Of a DNA stretch of 32,000 bases, positions 1 to 8,794 are shown piece after piece. The DNA lies in assembly GCF_900232105.1 (NCBI RefSeq), contig NZ_LT934425.1, positions 2,370,001-2,402,000 on the forward strand, read 5' to 3'. The translations under genes and the position numbers were made by a program. The notes under the pieces are model-generated. The model had not been told where the DNA came from. It searched no databases and saw nothing but the letters and a program-made list of their open reading frames with translations. The stretch is from Candidatus Kuenenia stuttgartensis. GTDB lineage: Bacteria > Planctomycetota > Brocadiia > Brocadiales > Brocadiaceae. Within the stretch, counting starts at the first letter, position 1; every line of letters starts with the position of its first letter.

Positions 1-623
1 CCTATCACGAAACCCCCGATGTGTGCCCACCACGCTACGCCGCCATCCCGGGTGTTTGCAATGGCCGCCGTACCATTAAAAAATTGTATGAAAAACCAGA
101 ATCCCAATACAATATACGCCGGCAATTCAAAGATAAACAAGAGCGGTAGCAAAACCAGCACACGCGCCCGCGGATAGCTTATCATGTAAGCACCCAATAC
201 ACCCGCAACCGCGCCACTTGCGCCAATACAAGGCACACCTGACTGGCGGTTAAAGGAAATATACACCACCGCTGAACCAATGCCGCAAATTAAGTAAAAA
301 ACCACGAAGCCGAAACGCCCCAATATGTCTTCGATATTATCTCCAAAAATCCACAAATACCACATATTACCTAAAAGATGAATAAGCCCGCCATGGAGGA
401 ACATGTAACTCAGGAAAGGGAAATATGTATTTGCCATATTCACCTCCGGGATATCCGCCGACTGGAAAATTTTGAGGGGAACTATGCCATAGGAGAAAAG
501 GAAATATGTTAAATTCCTTCCTAAAGAGAGTTCAAAAAGAAAGGTCAGTACGTTTATAAGGATAATAATAACCGTGATAAGCGGGAATGTTCCGGATGGA
601 TTTCGGTCTCGGATTGGTATCAT
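1..623 (-). CDS. Rhomboid family intramembrane serine protease, 3' end cut by window edge
   Basis: Manual translation from ATG at 621-623: MIPIRDRNPSGTFPLITVIIILINVLTFLFELSLGRN...YGIVPLKIFQ...FLSYMFLHGGLIHLLGNMWYLWIFGDNIEDILGRFGFVVFYLICGIGSAVVYI...GASGAVAGVLGAYM...GGVAWWAHIGGFVIG. Has the HGG, GN and GASGA motifs of rhomboids. Missing from the ORF track because no stop lies in the window. Confidence 0.93.
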   Translation of the reverse strand, partial: MIPIRDRNPSGTFPLITVIIILINVLTFLFELSLGRNLTYFLFSYGIVPLKIFQSADIPEVNMANTYFPFLSYMFLHGGLIHLLGNMWYLWIFGDNIEDILGRFGFVVFYLICGIGSAVVYISFNRQSGVPCIGASGAVAGVLGAYMISYPRARVLVLLPLLFIFELPAYIVLGFWFFIQFFNGTAAIANTRDGGVAWWAHIGGFVI

Positions 624-672
624 TTGTTTTTTGGCCGAAATGGTAAAAATTCATCTCTTAAAAAACTATACT

Positions 673-814
673 CTTTTGTTGTAACTATTCAGCGTAAACA
701 ATACACGTCTCGTTCCAAACCTTGTACTGAGCATAGTGAAGTATCTGTTTGGGAACGAGTTGCGCTCTGATCTCTTGTAGTTTAATAAATTACGCTGAAT
801 AGTTACCTTTTGTT
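673..814. mobile_element. MITE-like element (681-806) with 16-bp perfect terminal inverted repeats and flanking 8-bp direct repeats
   Basis: GTAACTATTCAGCGTA at 681-696 is the exact reverse complement of TACGCTGAATAGTTAC at 791-806. CTTTTGTT at 673-680 is repeated exactly at 807-814. No coding capacity. Confidence 0.85.
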
Positions 815-865
815 ACTGAAATAACTTCTCAATAAGTTTAGATTTTAGCAATAATTTCTATAGTC

Positions 866-902
866 CACACTCTGCAATTTGCCGACGGTAGATTGCAGTG
901 TG
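866..902. repeat. Imperfect inverted repeat/hairpin downstream of the amidase gene
   Basis: CACACTCTGCAAT ... ATTGCAGTGTG pair with a 2-nt bulge. Lies 3' of the minus-strand amidase CDS. Confidence 0.5.
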
Positions 903-979
903 CTGACTATATAGAAATTCCCCATTAAAAAAGGAAGCAAAACAGTGGAGTTGTTTACATAAATTTATTTAGAAGTTAC

Positions 980-1600
980 TTACTGAAAGGTATTGGCAAG
1001 CAGTTTGTAATAGGGGAAATTCCGTCCAGGGCAATCGGTTTGTTTGCAGTGCCTGTGCATAAGAACATTATCAGTAGGGATGTGACAACGTTCCTGTATG
1101 TATTCCACTAATGCGGAAAGTGATTTCATCTGTGCTTGCGTAGGATACGTTTTATTAAAATTCCCTACCAGACATATTCCTACGCCAAATTGGTTATATT
1201 CCTTTATCCCTGCGTGTGCACCATCTATCTGCCTTTTCCATCTATCACCCATTTCAATTTCACCATCGCCGGAACCCTTTCCATTTCCTATAACAAAATG
1301 GTATCCCAACCCGTTTTGCCATCCGCGCGATTGCCGGTGATATTTATCAAATTCTTCAGCGCTTCCGGTATCGGATGCGCTGTGATGGACAACAATGTAC
1401 TTCCAGTCGCGAACAAAACAACGTTCCAATTGGTTTTTAATATCGCTGCTCAGGTAGAAGTCCAATTTTTTTTCAGGTAGTTTCGCGCTTGGTTTCATAA
1501 TAGTCGATGTTGGTGGAATTGTTGGTGGAGAATAACATCCGCTCATGAAATAAAGAAGGGGGAAAAACATGCAAATACTCATTTTTTGCCAAAAAAGCAT
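980..1600 (-). CDS. N-acetylmuramoyl-L-alanine amidase / PGRP-domain lipoprotein
   Basis: Signal peptide with lipobox-like YFMSGC; WKYIVVHHSASDTGS..F...H...GWQNGLGYHFVIGNG..DG.I..G.RW..Q..GAHAG...N..GVGICLVGNF; ...HRHCKQTDCPGRNFP. GGAG-type RBS upstream of the ATG. Confidence 0.9.
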   Translation of the reverse strand: MLFWQKMSICMFFPLLYFMSGCYSPPTIPPTSTIMKPSAKLPEKKLDFYLSSDIKNQLERCFVRDWKYIVVHHSASDTGSAEEFDKYHRQSRGWQNGLGYHFVIGNGKGSGDGEIEMGDRWKRQIDGAHAGIKEYNQFGVGICLVGNFNKTYPTQAQMKSLSALVEYIQERCHIPTDNVLMHRHCKQTDCPGRNFPYYKLLANTFQ

Positions 1601-1849
1601 TATAATTCTCCTAATAAATGTTTAACACTTGCATGCAACAATGAGTAAATCTTATAATCAGCGGGGATTATAACAAATGAAAGCCTTTTGTCAAATAACA
1701 AATATGGAGGTATTTTGTTATCTCCAGTAGCCCCATGATACGGTATATTGGGGCGTGAAAGACTACCCATGAGGGGATGTAGACCAATCACTACAATATG
1801 TAGTTGGAACTGGAGCCAACAGAGTACCCCTATTTTAAGGAATGAATGG

Positions 1850-2265
1850 ATGCAAATAATTAACCAGGTAGATTTAAAAAGAATGTTAAACATCATAGAA
1901 AAACCCCTTTTCTTTAGCAACTTATCAATGCAGGGAAAAAATAGAATGGTATGTCTGAATTCGCATTTTATCATTTTTCAAAAGTGAGAATACCTTGTTC
2001 GGAGGGAGACATGGATTCCGCATTTTTTATCTTACTCTCCGGCAAAGTGTAGGTGGTTAAAGGAACAAGTTCATATACAATTGCAGGGCGGTCTTCTGGC
2101 GTTTTTTTTGGAGAAATATCAATTCTCATCAAGACCCCAAGAACCGCTACTATTATTGCGGATGATACCGTTCTTGTGGTTAAAGTTAATAAAGAAATGT
2201 TTGATTCATTAGGGACGAGTATCCGCGATAAAATCAAAGATAGTATTATCATGAGGCTGGCATAA
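1850..2265 (+). pseudogene. Degraded cyclic nucleotide-binding (cNMP/Crp-like) domain protein
   Basis: Pieces in different plus frames join into one cNMP fold: IIEKPLFFSNLS..., [TGA at 1985-1987] EYLVRRE, [frameshift near 2001-2010] GDMDSAFFILLSGKV, [TAG at 2050-2052] VVKGTSSYTIAGRSSGVFFGEISILIKTPRTATIIADDTVLVVKVNKEMFDSL. Confidence 0.75.
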
Positions 2266-2587
2266 CGCATTCAACGTTTAAATAATATATTGCTGATTAC
2301 GGAGTTTGATTCCAGAGGAATTCGAAAAGAGGTCAAAATTGCCGGAAGTAAGAACGAAGAATCTTCTCAAACCCAAGCATAAAACAGTTCATAGTGTCTA
2401 CATTTATATATTTTTCTTTCCTCTTAAAGCGGCATTGTTTTAGATAAAAACAGCCAACGGAAGTAGTTTTCACACATTAAATAAAACTTGACAGTATACC
2501 TTGATTAATATAGCATTTTTGCTTATGAATTTTCACCTGACTGGCGTACCTTTTTAAAACCTACTATGGAACGGAGCACATGCAACA

Positions 2588-3583
2588 ATGAGGGTTTCAC
2601 TGGCTTTAAGCCTTTCTTTGACAAAATATTTGATTAAAAACAGGTTGTTATTTAAAAAAAGATTTCCTCTCGTATTAATGCTGGAAGTAACCCATCTCTG
2701 CAATCTTGCCTGCGAAGGATGTGGCCGTATTCTGGAATACCATGATACCATGCGTGAAATGTTAAGCGTTGGGGAGTGTATGCAGGCGATTCATGAGTGC
2801 CCGACCCCGGTGGTTACCATAACAGGGGGAGAGCCGCTTATGCATCCGGAAATAGACAAAATTATCTCCGGGATAATAAAGGAGAAACGGCACGTTTATT
2901 TATGCACTAACGGAATATTATTAGTCGATGCTTTAAAAAAACTGAAACCGCACAAATATCTCAATATTAATGTTCATATAGACGGGCTTGCGGAAACGCA
3001 TGACAAAATAGCAGGCAAAGGAATATTCGACCGGGCGACAAACGCCATCAGGGAAGCAAAAAAAGCAGGCTTTAAAGTCTGTACAAATACTACTATATTT
3101 AAAGATACCAGCGAAAAAGAAATTGTGGAATTATTTTCATTTTTGCAGGGACTTGGCGTTGACGGCATGCTGGTTTCTCCTGGTTATGGATTCGAACACA
3201 ATGAAAATGCAATTTTTCTTTGTCAAAAGGAAATAGAAGAACGATTTGGGTTTATTTATGGTATTTCAAAAAAATACAAAATATTAAATTCGCCCCTCTA
3301 TTTGAAATTTTTAAAAGGGGAAAGGACATTGAAATGTACGCCCTGGGGTAATCCTACCCGTAATTATTCAGGATGGAAAAGCCCCTGTTATCTTATCACG
3401 AACACACATTATAAAACCTTTGATGAGTATATGAAACAAACTGATTGGGAAAAATACCAGGAAGGACGAGACCCGCGCTGTGAAAATTGCATGATGCATT
3501 GTGGTTTCGAACCAACGGTCGTGCTGGAAGGGGGAAAACGCTTGTCAGACATTTATGAAATGGCAAAATGGGGGCTTAGTTAA
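2588..3583 (+). CDS. hpnH: Adenosyl-hopene transferase HpnH (radical SAM)
   Basis: KRFPLVLMLEVTHLCNLACEGCGRI (CxxxCxxC), TITGGEPLMHPEI, CTPWGNPTRNYSGWKSPCYLI, RCENCMMHCGFEP; length and motifs match the HpnH family. Confidence 0.93.
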   Translation: MRVSLALSLSLTKYLIKNRLLFKKRFPLVLMLEVTHLCNLACEGCGRILEYHDTMREMLSVGECMQAIHECPTPVVTITGGEPLMHPEIDKIISGIIKEKRHVYLCTNGILLVDALKKLKPHKYLNINVHIDGLAETHDKIAGKGIFDRATNAIREAKKAGFKVCTNTTIFKDTSEKEIVELFSFLQGLGVDGMLVSPGYGFEHNENAIFLCQKEIEERFGFIYGISKKYKILNSPLYLKFLKGERTLKCTPWGNPTRNYSGWKSPCYLITNTHYKTFDEYMKQTDWEKYQEGRDPRCENCMMHCGFEPTVVLEGGKRLSDIYEMAKWGLS

Positions 3584-3685
3584 GAAAATGGTAATAAAAA
3601 ATTTTGTTAACTGGCCGCAATCTGCAATTTGCCGAGAGCACAGTCTTCCCATTAGTAAAGGGATCAATGGGATGTTTACCTCAAG

Positions 3686-5767
3686 TTATTGAGAAGTTGC
3701 CAATTTATGAGTAAAGTGGCGATATCTTCCCAGCGCCATTAGTGGAAAATAGTTGCGATACATGTGGTATTTCAAATAAAAGACTTTGGGAAAACCTGTT
3801 GCCGTAAATTCTCTCTCATCCCAGCTACCGTCTTCTTTTTGAGTGGACAAAAGAAAATCTATTCCTCTCTCTGTGGAAGACGATTTTATTTCGCCGGCAG
3901 TAATCAGGGTCAGTAATGCCCAGGCTGTTTGAGAAGGAGTGCTTTTGCCTATTCCTTTTAATGCACTGTCCTCATACGATTTTATTGTTTCTCCCCAGCC
4001 GCCATCCGAGTTCTGTACACTCTTCAGCCAGGCAATTGCCTTTTTAATGTATGCCTTATTAATATCTTCACCAACCGCTATCAGCCCGGAAATCACAGAC
4101 CATGTACCATAAATATAATTTGAACCCCAACGCCCAAACCATGAACCGTCTTCATCCTGCTCTTTTTTCAGAAATTCAACAGCTTTTTTGATATTTAAAT
4201 ATGTCTTATTAAATCCGATACGGCCAAAAAATTCTATACATCTGCCTGTTACATCGCTGGTGCTTGGGTCAAGAAGCGCATTAAAATCGGCAAAGGGTAT
4301 ATTATTCAAAATCGTTTTATTATTGTTGCGGTCAAACGCCCCCCATCCTCCGTCATCGCATTGCATAGCCTGCAGCCATCGTAAGGCGCGTAAAAGAGTT
4401 TTTTCTTTATGCATGTCTTCTGGAAGAGAGACCCTCTGCAATGCCATGAGCACCGCGCCGGTATCATCAGTATCGGGATAAAATTCATTCGCATATTGAA
4501 AATACCACCCGCTCGGTTCCTCAACCTTACACTTTAATTTCCAATCACCAAAATCCCTGACTTCCTTGCTCAATAACCATTTACCTGCTTTTTGCAGAAC
4601 AGGGTGAGACCCTGGAATACCAGAATCATTCATTGCAATAATGGACCATGCAGTGTCCCATACCGGAGATACGCACGGTTGCAAATAAAGCATATCGCCT
4701 TCATAGATAACCAGCGCTTCCACCTCTTTCATCTGTGCGGTCAAAGCGGGGTGATCATCCGGATAATCAAGGCACTTCATGGCAAAAATCGAATTAATCA
4801 TTGCCGGCCAGATAGCCCCTAATCCGCCCGATTTTTCCATATGTTCAAGCAACCATTTTTCAGCCATCTTCTTCGCAATTCTCCGGATGAATTTAATGGG
4901 ATGCTGCTCATACCGGCGGAAGATACTATCCGCATCAATAAAAAAGTTGTACCAGCAAAACCCATCCTGATCCCTTTCTATACGATATACGACGTCTTCA
5001 CGCGGGACAAGATACAACTCCTTCAGCAAATCATCGCCTACGGTAACATGTGGTTTCCTGGCGATGGCAATAGAAAGGGGAACGACAATACATCTTGACC
5101 AGTAGGATATTTCATAAATACTAAAATAAAATCCTGCGGGGAACAAAATCATTTCTACCGGAACGGCAGGCACCGCCTGCCAATCAACCTGGCCAAACAT
5201 GGCAAGATAAATTTTGGTAAAGCAATTGGCGTTCATGATTCCACCCATGCCAAGGATGCATTCTTTCGCTTTTTTCATGAATGATTCATTTTCCGAATAT
5301 CCCGCTAATTTTAATGCAAAATATGCTTTTACCGATGCGCTGATCTCACTTGCTCCGCCATAATAAATATTCCAACCCCCGTCGGTCAGTTGCTGTTTCA
5401 GGAGAAATGCGACAGCCTTACCCTGTTTTTCATAATCTACCCTATTAAGAAAATGCATCAGCATAATGTATTCGGACGTCAATGTGGTATCTGCCTCCAA
5501 AATCCCTACCCAGTGACCATCCGTTATATTTTGCTGATTGATGAGATATCTCTGCGCCCTGTCTATCGAATCATCCAAAGGGTTCTCTGTTTTCTGCGTT
5601 GTAGATGCAGTTGTTCTGAAGTAAGTATTTTCCAAACTCAATTCATGCTTAATCAACTCTGGAATAGGATGTTTTCCATTGCCGTTTCCATTTCCATTTC
5701 CATTTCCATTAAATTTGTGTACAGTTGTCTCGAACCGTTCTAATAGATTTAATAGAAAATTTCTCAT
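3686..5767 (-). CDS. shc: Squalene-hopene cyclase
   Basis: 693 aa with multiple QW-type repeats (QLTDGGWNIY, QCDDGGWGAFD, DGSWFGRWGSNYIYGTW, NSDGGWGETI, QKEDGSWDE); RBS GGAGG upstream. The catalytic motif reads LDPSTSDVTGR. Confidence 0.95.
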   Translation of the reverse strand: MRNFLLNLLERFETTVHKFNGNGNGNGNGNGKHPIPELIKHELSLENTYFRTTASTTQKTENPLDDSIDRAQRYLINQQNITDGHWVGILEADTTLTSEYIMLMHFLNRVDYEKQGKAVAFLLKQQLTDGGWNIYYGGASEISASVKAYFALKLAGYSENESFMKKAKECILGMGGIMNANCFTKIYLAMFGQVDWQAVPAVPVEMILFPAGFYFSIYEISYWSRCIVVPLSIAIARKPHVTVGDDLLKELYLVPREDVVYRIERDQDGFCWYNFFIDADSIFRRYEQHPIKFIRRIAKKMAEKWLLEHMEKSGGLGAIWPAMINSIFAMKCLDYPDDHPALTAQMKEVEALVIYEGDMLYLQPCVSPVWDTAWSIIAMNDSGIPGSHPVLQKAGKWLLSKEVRDFGDWKLKCKVEEPSGWYFQYANEFYPDTDDTGAVLMALQRVSLPEDMHKEKTLLRALRWLQAMQCDDGGWGAFDRNNNKTILNNIPFADFNALLDPSTSDVTGRCIEFFGRIGFNKTYLNIKKAVEFLKKEQDEDGSWFGRWGSNYIYGTWSVISGLIAVGEDINKAYIKKAIAWLKSVQNSDGGWGETIKSYEDSALKGIGKSTPSQTAWALLTLITAGEIKSSSTERGIDFLLSTQKEDGSWDEREFTATGFPKVFYLKYHMYRNYFPLMALGRYRHFTHKLATSQ
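5672..5711. repeat. TTTCCA hexanucleotide tandem repeat inside the shc N-terminus (encodes NGNGNGNGNGNG)
   Basis: Four perfect TTTCCA units at 5685-5708 with degenerate flanking units. Codes for an Asn-Gly linker on the minus strand. Confidence 0.9.
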
Positions 5768-6105
5768 TCTTTTTGAAAACCTCCAATGTACTATTTCATT
5801 ACGATTAAATTTTCAAGTAAACTATACACTGTCACACAAATAAACAGGTGATAAGTTATATAGTATAAATGAAACATTCCTTTTTTTCTGTTAGTCGGGC
5901 AATTATACCGCACGTTAAAAAACATTAAGCGCGGATTAGGCAGTGGCTATAAATAACAAATTTAAATCGTAATTTCAAGTAAAACTTGCTTTAGATATGT
6001 GCTTTTTATAAGATGGTTTACCAACTTTTTTCATGCCATATTTTATTATTACTTTGCATTAAAGCCTGAAGAGATATTTTTTCCCATTTACAAAACTGAA
6101 AATGT

Positions 6106-7047
6106 ATGACACTGCTGATATATGACAATATATACCTGGAACATGATACCGGTATTGGACACCCTGAAAATGCCAGGCGGATAGAAAATACCATTAAATA
6201 TCTGGAGTCCGATAATTTTTTGGCGCACGTAACGATAGAAAAGCCCCGTGCGGCGTTACCTGAAGAAATAGGCTTTATCCATCCAAAAACGTATATCAGT
6301 ACCATTCAACAAATTGCTGATTCCGGCGGCGGCTGGTTAGATGGTGATACTGCCGTGTCCGGCCATTCATACAATGTCGCATTATATTCCGCAGGAGCAG
6401 CCCTCACCGCGATAGATTTAATTATGAAAGGAGAGGCAAAAAATGCTTTTTGCCTTGTTCGCCCACCCGGACACCATGCGACCCCTGACAGGGGTATGGG
6501 ATTCTGCCTTTTTAACAATGTTGCCATTGCGGCAAGATACCTGCAGAAAAATTACCAACAGAAAAGGATTCTTATAATCGACTGGGATGTTCATCATGGA
6601 AATGGCACGCAGGATGCATTTTATGTTGACCCTACGGTAATGTACTTTTCAATGCACCGCTATCCATTCTATCCCGGGACTGGGGCAGAAGATGAAACAG
6701 GCGAGGGAAATGGAAAAGGGTTCAATATCAATATACCATTGTCTATGGATACTCACCCCCAAAAGTACATTGAATTGTTTTCCGGGGTAATAGAAGGCAG
6801 CGTAAACAGATTTGCGCCGGAATTCATCATTTTATCTTCAGGTTTCGATGCATACAAAAAAGACCCCATTGGCGGTTTAAACCTTGAGACAGAGCATTTT
6901 TATACATTAACTGAAATCGTTGTGGAAGCGGCGGAAAAACATTGCGGCGGTAAGCTTTTATCCTGTTTGGAGGGAGGATATCATTTATCCGGTTTACCCT
7001 TATGTATCGAAGCCCACCTCAAAGGATTGCTGAAGATTAACTCATGA
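6106..7047 (+). CDS. Histone deacetylase family protein (AcuC/HDAC-like amidohydrolase)
   Basis: HPENARRIENTIKYL; CLVRPPGHHATPDRGMGFCLFNNVAIAARYL; ILIIDWDVHHGNGTQDAFY; YPGTGAEDETGEG; ILSSGFDAYKKDPIGGLNL. Confidence 0.93.
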   Translation: MTLLIYDNIYLEHDTGIGHPENARRIENTIKYLESDNFLAHVTIEKPRAALPEEIGFIHPKTYISTIQQIADSGGGWLDGDTAVSGHSYNVALYSAGAALTAIDLIMKGEAKNAFCLVRPPGHHATPDRGMGFCLFNNVAIAARYLQKNYQQKRILIIDWDVHHGNGTQDAFYVDPTVMYFSMHRYPFYPGTGAEDETGEGNGKGFNINIPLSMDTHPQKYIELFSGVIEGSVNRFAPEFIILSSGFDAYKKDPIGGLNLETEHFYTLTEIVVEAAEKHCGGKLLSCLEGGYHLSGLPLCIEAHLKGLLKINS

Positions 7048-7509
7048 TGAAAAATACTTCTTCCCACGCGAATATTGTCAGTCTTCCAAACGGGCCGTTT
7101 GTGTTAACCCATTTGCGTGTGTTACTGGGATTTAAAAGATGCATCCTCTTATATTAACGGAGACGTTCCTACCCGGAAATTTTAAAAAACCGGACTTATC
7201 CCTTTAACCCCGGATATTAACTCATATATCTACGAAGAACTCAAAAAACTCCGGATAACCCTTTTGTTCGGGCATAAGAGTTGTGCCGTACCATGTCCAT
7301 GTCTGCAGTTGATGAAATATCTCTTAAAGATATGGGAAGCATACAGCAAGCAGGCGCAAATACTCATATTGGTAATTAAGGAAAATATTTGCGTTTTAAA
7401 AACTGTTACGCTATCATTGCCAACGCTATTTGTGCAAGGGGTCTGAGAGAGACCATTCTATACAGTCTGTTTTTTTACTAACACACTTACAAAGAAAGCG
7501 AGGCATACC

Positions 7510-8058
7510 ATGGATACAACTGTCTTTAAAAAAGGCGAACCAATAGCACAAGAGGGCCATTTTACCTACTATGTGTACAGAATCCTGGAGGGAGAAGCAC
7601 AGTTACTAAAAAATATAAACGGCAGGGAAGTTCCTATATTGAAACTGGGAAAAGGAGCGGTTATCGGGAAACTCTCTTGTTTAGAGGAAAAAAGAAGGCT
7701 GGCGTCTACAATAGCCATTACCGATGTAAAGGCGGAGGTCATATCAAAAGAAGAGTTCATAAAAACACTTAATGAACTCCCCACGGAGATACATTCATCT
7801 ATGCGTGAACTCGCCTTTTTGCTTTCTGGTCTATCAAGTGTGGTAGGTCAGCTTATTTATTACCGTAACAGCATGGAGGGCAAGGATTTGAGCACATTGA
7901 GCCTGAAAAGTGTTTCGGGGCAACTTGATAAAGCGCCTGAAAGTATAAAGATGGTGTATAAGTCATTAATAGATGATATAATTAATAATTATGCCAAATG
8001 CGGGGAGACATTAAATGAAATACTTCGGAAGCTTGACGGCCTTAAAGAAGGTATTTAG
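7510..8058 (+). CDS. Cyclic nucleotide-binding (Crp-like) domain protein without an obvious HTH
   Basis: VFKKGEPIAQEGHFTYYVYRILEGEAQLLKNINGREVPILKLGKGAVIGKLSCLEEKRRLASTIAITDVKAEVISKEEF. Confidence 0.75.
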   Translation: MDTTVFKKGEPIAQEGHFTYYVYRILEGEAQLLKNINGREVPILKLGKGAVIGKLSCLEEKRRLASTIAITDVKAEVISKEEFIKTLNELPTEIHSSMRELAFLLSGLSSVVGQLIYYRNSMEGKDLSTLSLKSVSGQLDKAPESIKMVYKSLIDDIINNYAKCGETLNEILRKLDGLKEGI

Positions 8059-8223
8059 CTTTATTACATGTGGAACTAACGTTCCCGGTTACTAAGTCAA
8101 GGCATAGATTCTTAATATCAACACCATTCCTTTCTTTTTATAAAATTCACAAAAACTTCATGGTTTCATCCTGTTTTTGGCTTTGGTTTTCCAAATCCGG
8201 AAGCCCGTTTATCGATGAAAACA

Positions 8224-8549
8224 GGGACAGCGACTATTTATCATTAACAAGTCTGGGTAAAATGGTTATGTGTTTATTTTATACCACGAATTGCAAGCAC
8301 TGTAGCCTCCGGATATCCACATCATGTAACTCAAAGAGGGAACTATCAACAGCCGGTTTTTGAAGATGAATCAGATTTCAGGCAATATCTTCAATGGCTA
8401 CAGGAATACAGTACAAAATACCCCTTAAAAATTTGGGCATATTGTCTTATGACTAATCATGTTCATTTTGTTTGTGTACCTGAGAAAGAGGATTTACTTG
8501 CACGCACATTTAATACACTGCATATGAGATACTCACAGTATTTCAATCA
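8224..8549 (+). repeat. Dispersed direct repeat copy A (RAYT 5' region); copy B is at 10992-11308
   Basis: About 320 bp nearly identical from GGGACAGCG(A/G)CTATTTATCATTA to CAGTATTTCAATCA. Confidence 0.85.
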
Positions 8550-8750
8550 GAAAAGAAAATTGAAAGTACACCTCTGGCAGGGTAGATTTTACTCTTGTAT
8601 CCTTGATGAAAGACATTTGCGGGCAGTTATGTGAATAAGAGGCAAATCCTATTTTGTCTCAAGATTGTTATCTGGGAAAAGAGATAGACGATTGGTCATA
8701 ATATTTAAAGGAAAAAGAGGAAGAACAAGCCATAGAGAACCTAGCGCGGC
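8272..8750 (+). pseudogene. REP-associated tyrosine transposase (RAYT, Y1 family), N-terminal and middle remnant
   Basis: Open frame ...IPRIASTVASGYPHHVTQRGNYQQPVFEDESDFRQYLQWLQEYSTKYPLKIWAYCLMTNHVHFVCVPEKEDLLARTFNTLHMRYSQYFNQKRKLKVHLWQGRFYSCILDERHLRAVM*, then DDWS*YLKEKEEEQAIENL in another frame. The HUH motif (HVH) is present; in-frame stops and an internal deletion follow. Confidence 0.85.
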
Positions 8751-8760
8751 CTTTGGCCGC
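8746..8760. repeat. Perfect short hairpin GCGGCC-TTT-GGCCGC at the end of the left RAYT remnant
   Basis: 6-bp GC-only arms, 3-nt loop. Confidence 0.7.
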
Positions 8761-8794
8761 AACCAAAAAGGTGATTTTTAGTTTATTATAAAGT

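Noticed and set aside
1600-2270. Minus-strand ORFs of 124 aa (1600-1974) and 99 aa (1971-2270), overlapping like a translationally coupled operon with the amidase gene
   Set aside because: The plus strand of the same region carries recognisable cNMP-binding-domain pieces and the minus-strand proteins show no family motif, so the chained overlaps are most likely chance.
4188-4822. Plus- and minus-strand ORFs inside the squalene-hopene cyclase gene
   Set aside because: They are antisense or out-of-frame to a well-supported 693-aa CDS and have no motif of their own.
8239-8363. Plus-strand ORF 8070-8363 as a real protein
   Set aside because: Its last ~40 codons are simply the wrong frame of the RAYT repeat copy A, so it is a chance ORF over a pseudogene.
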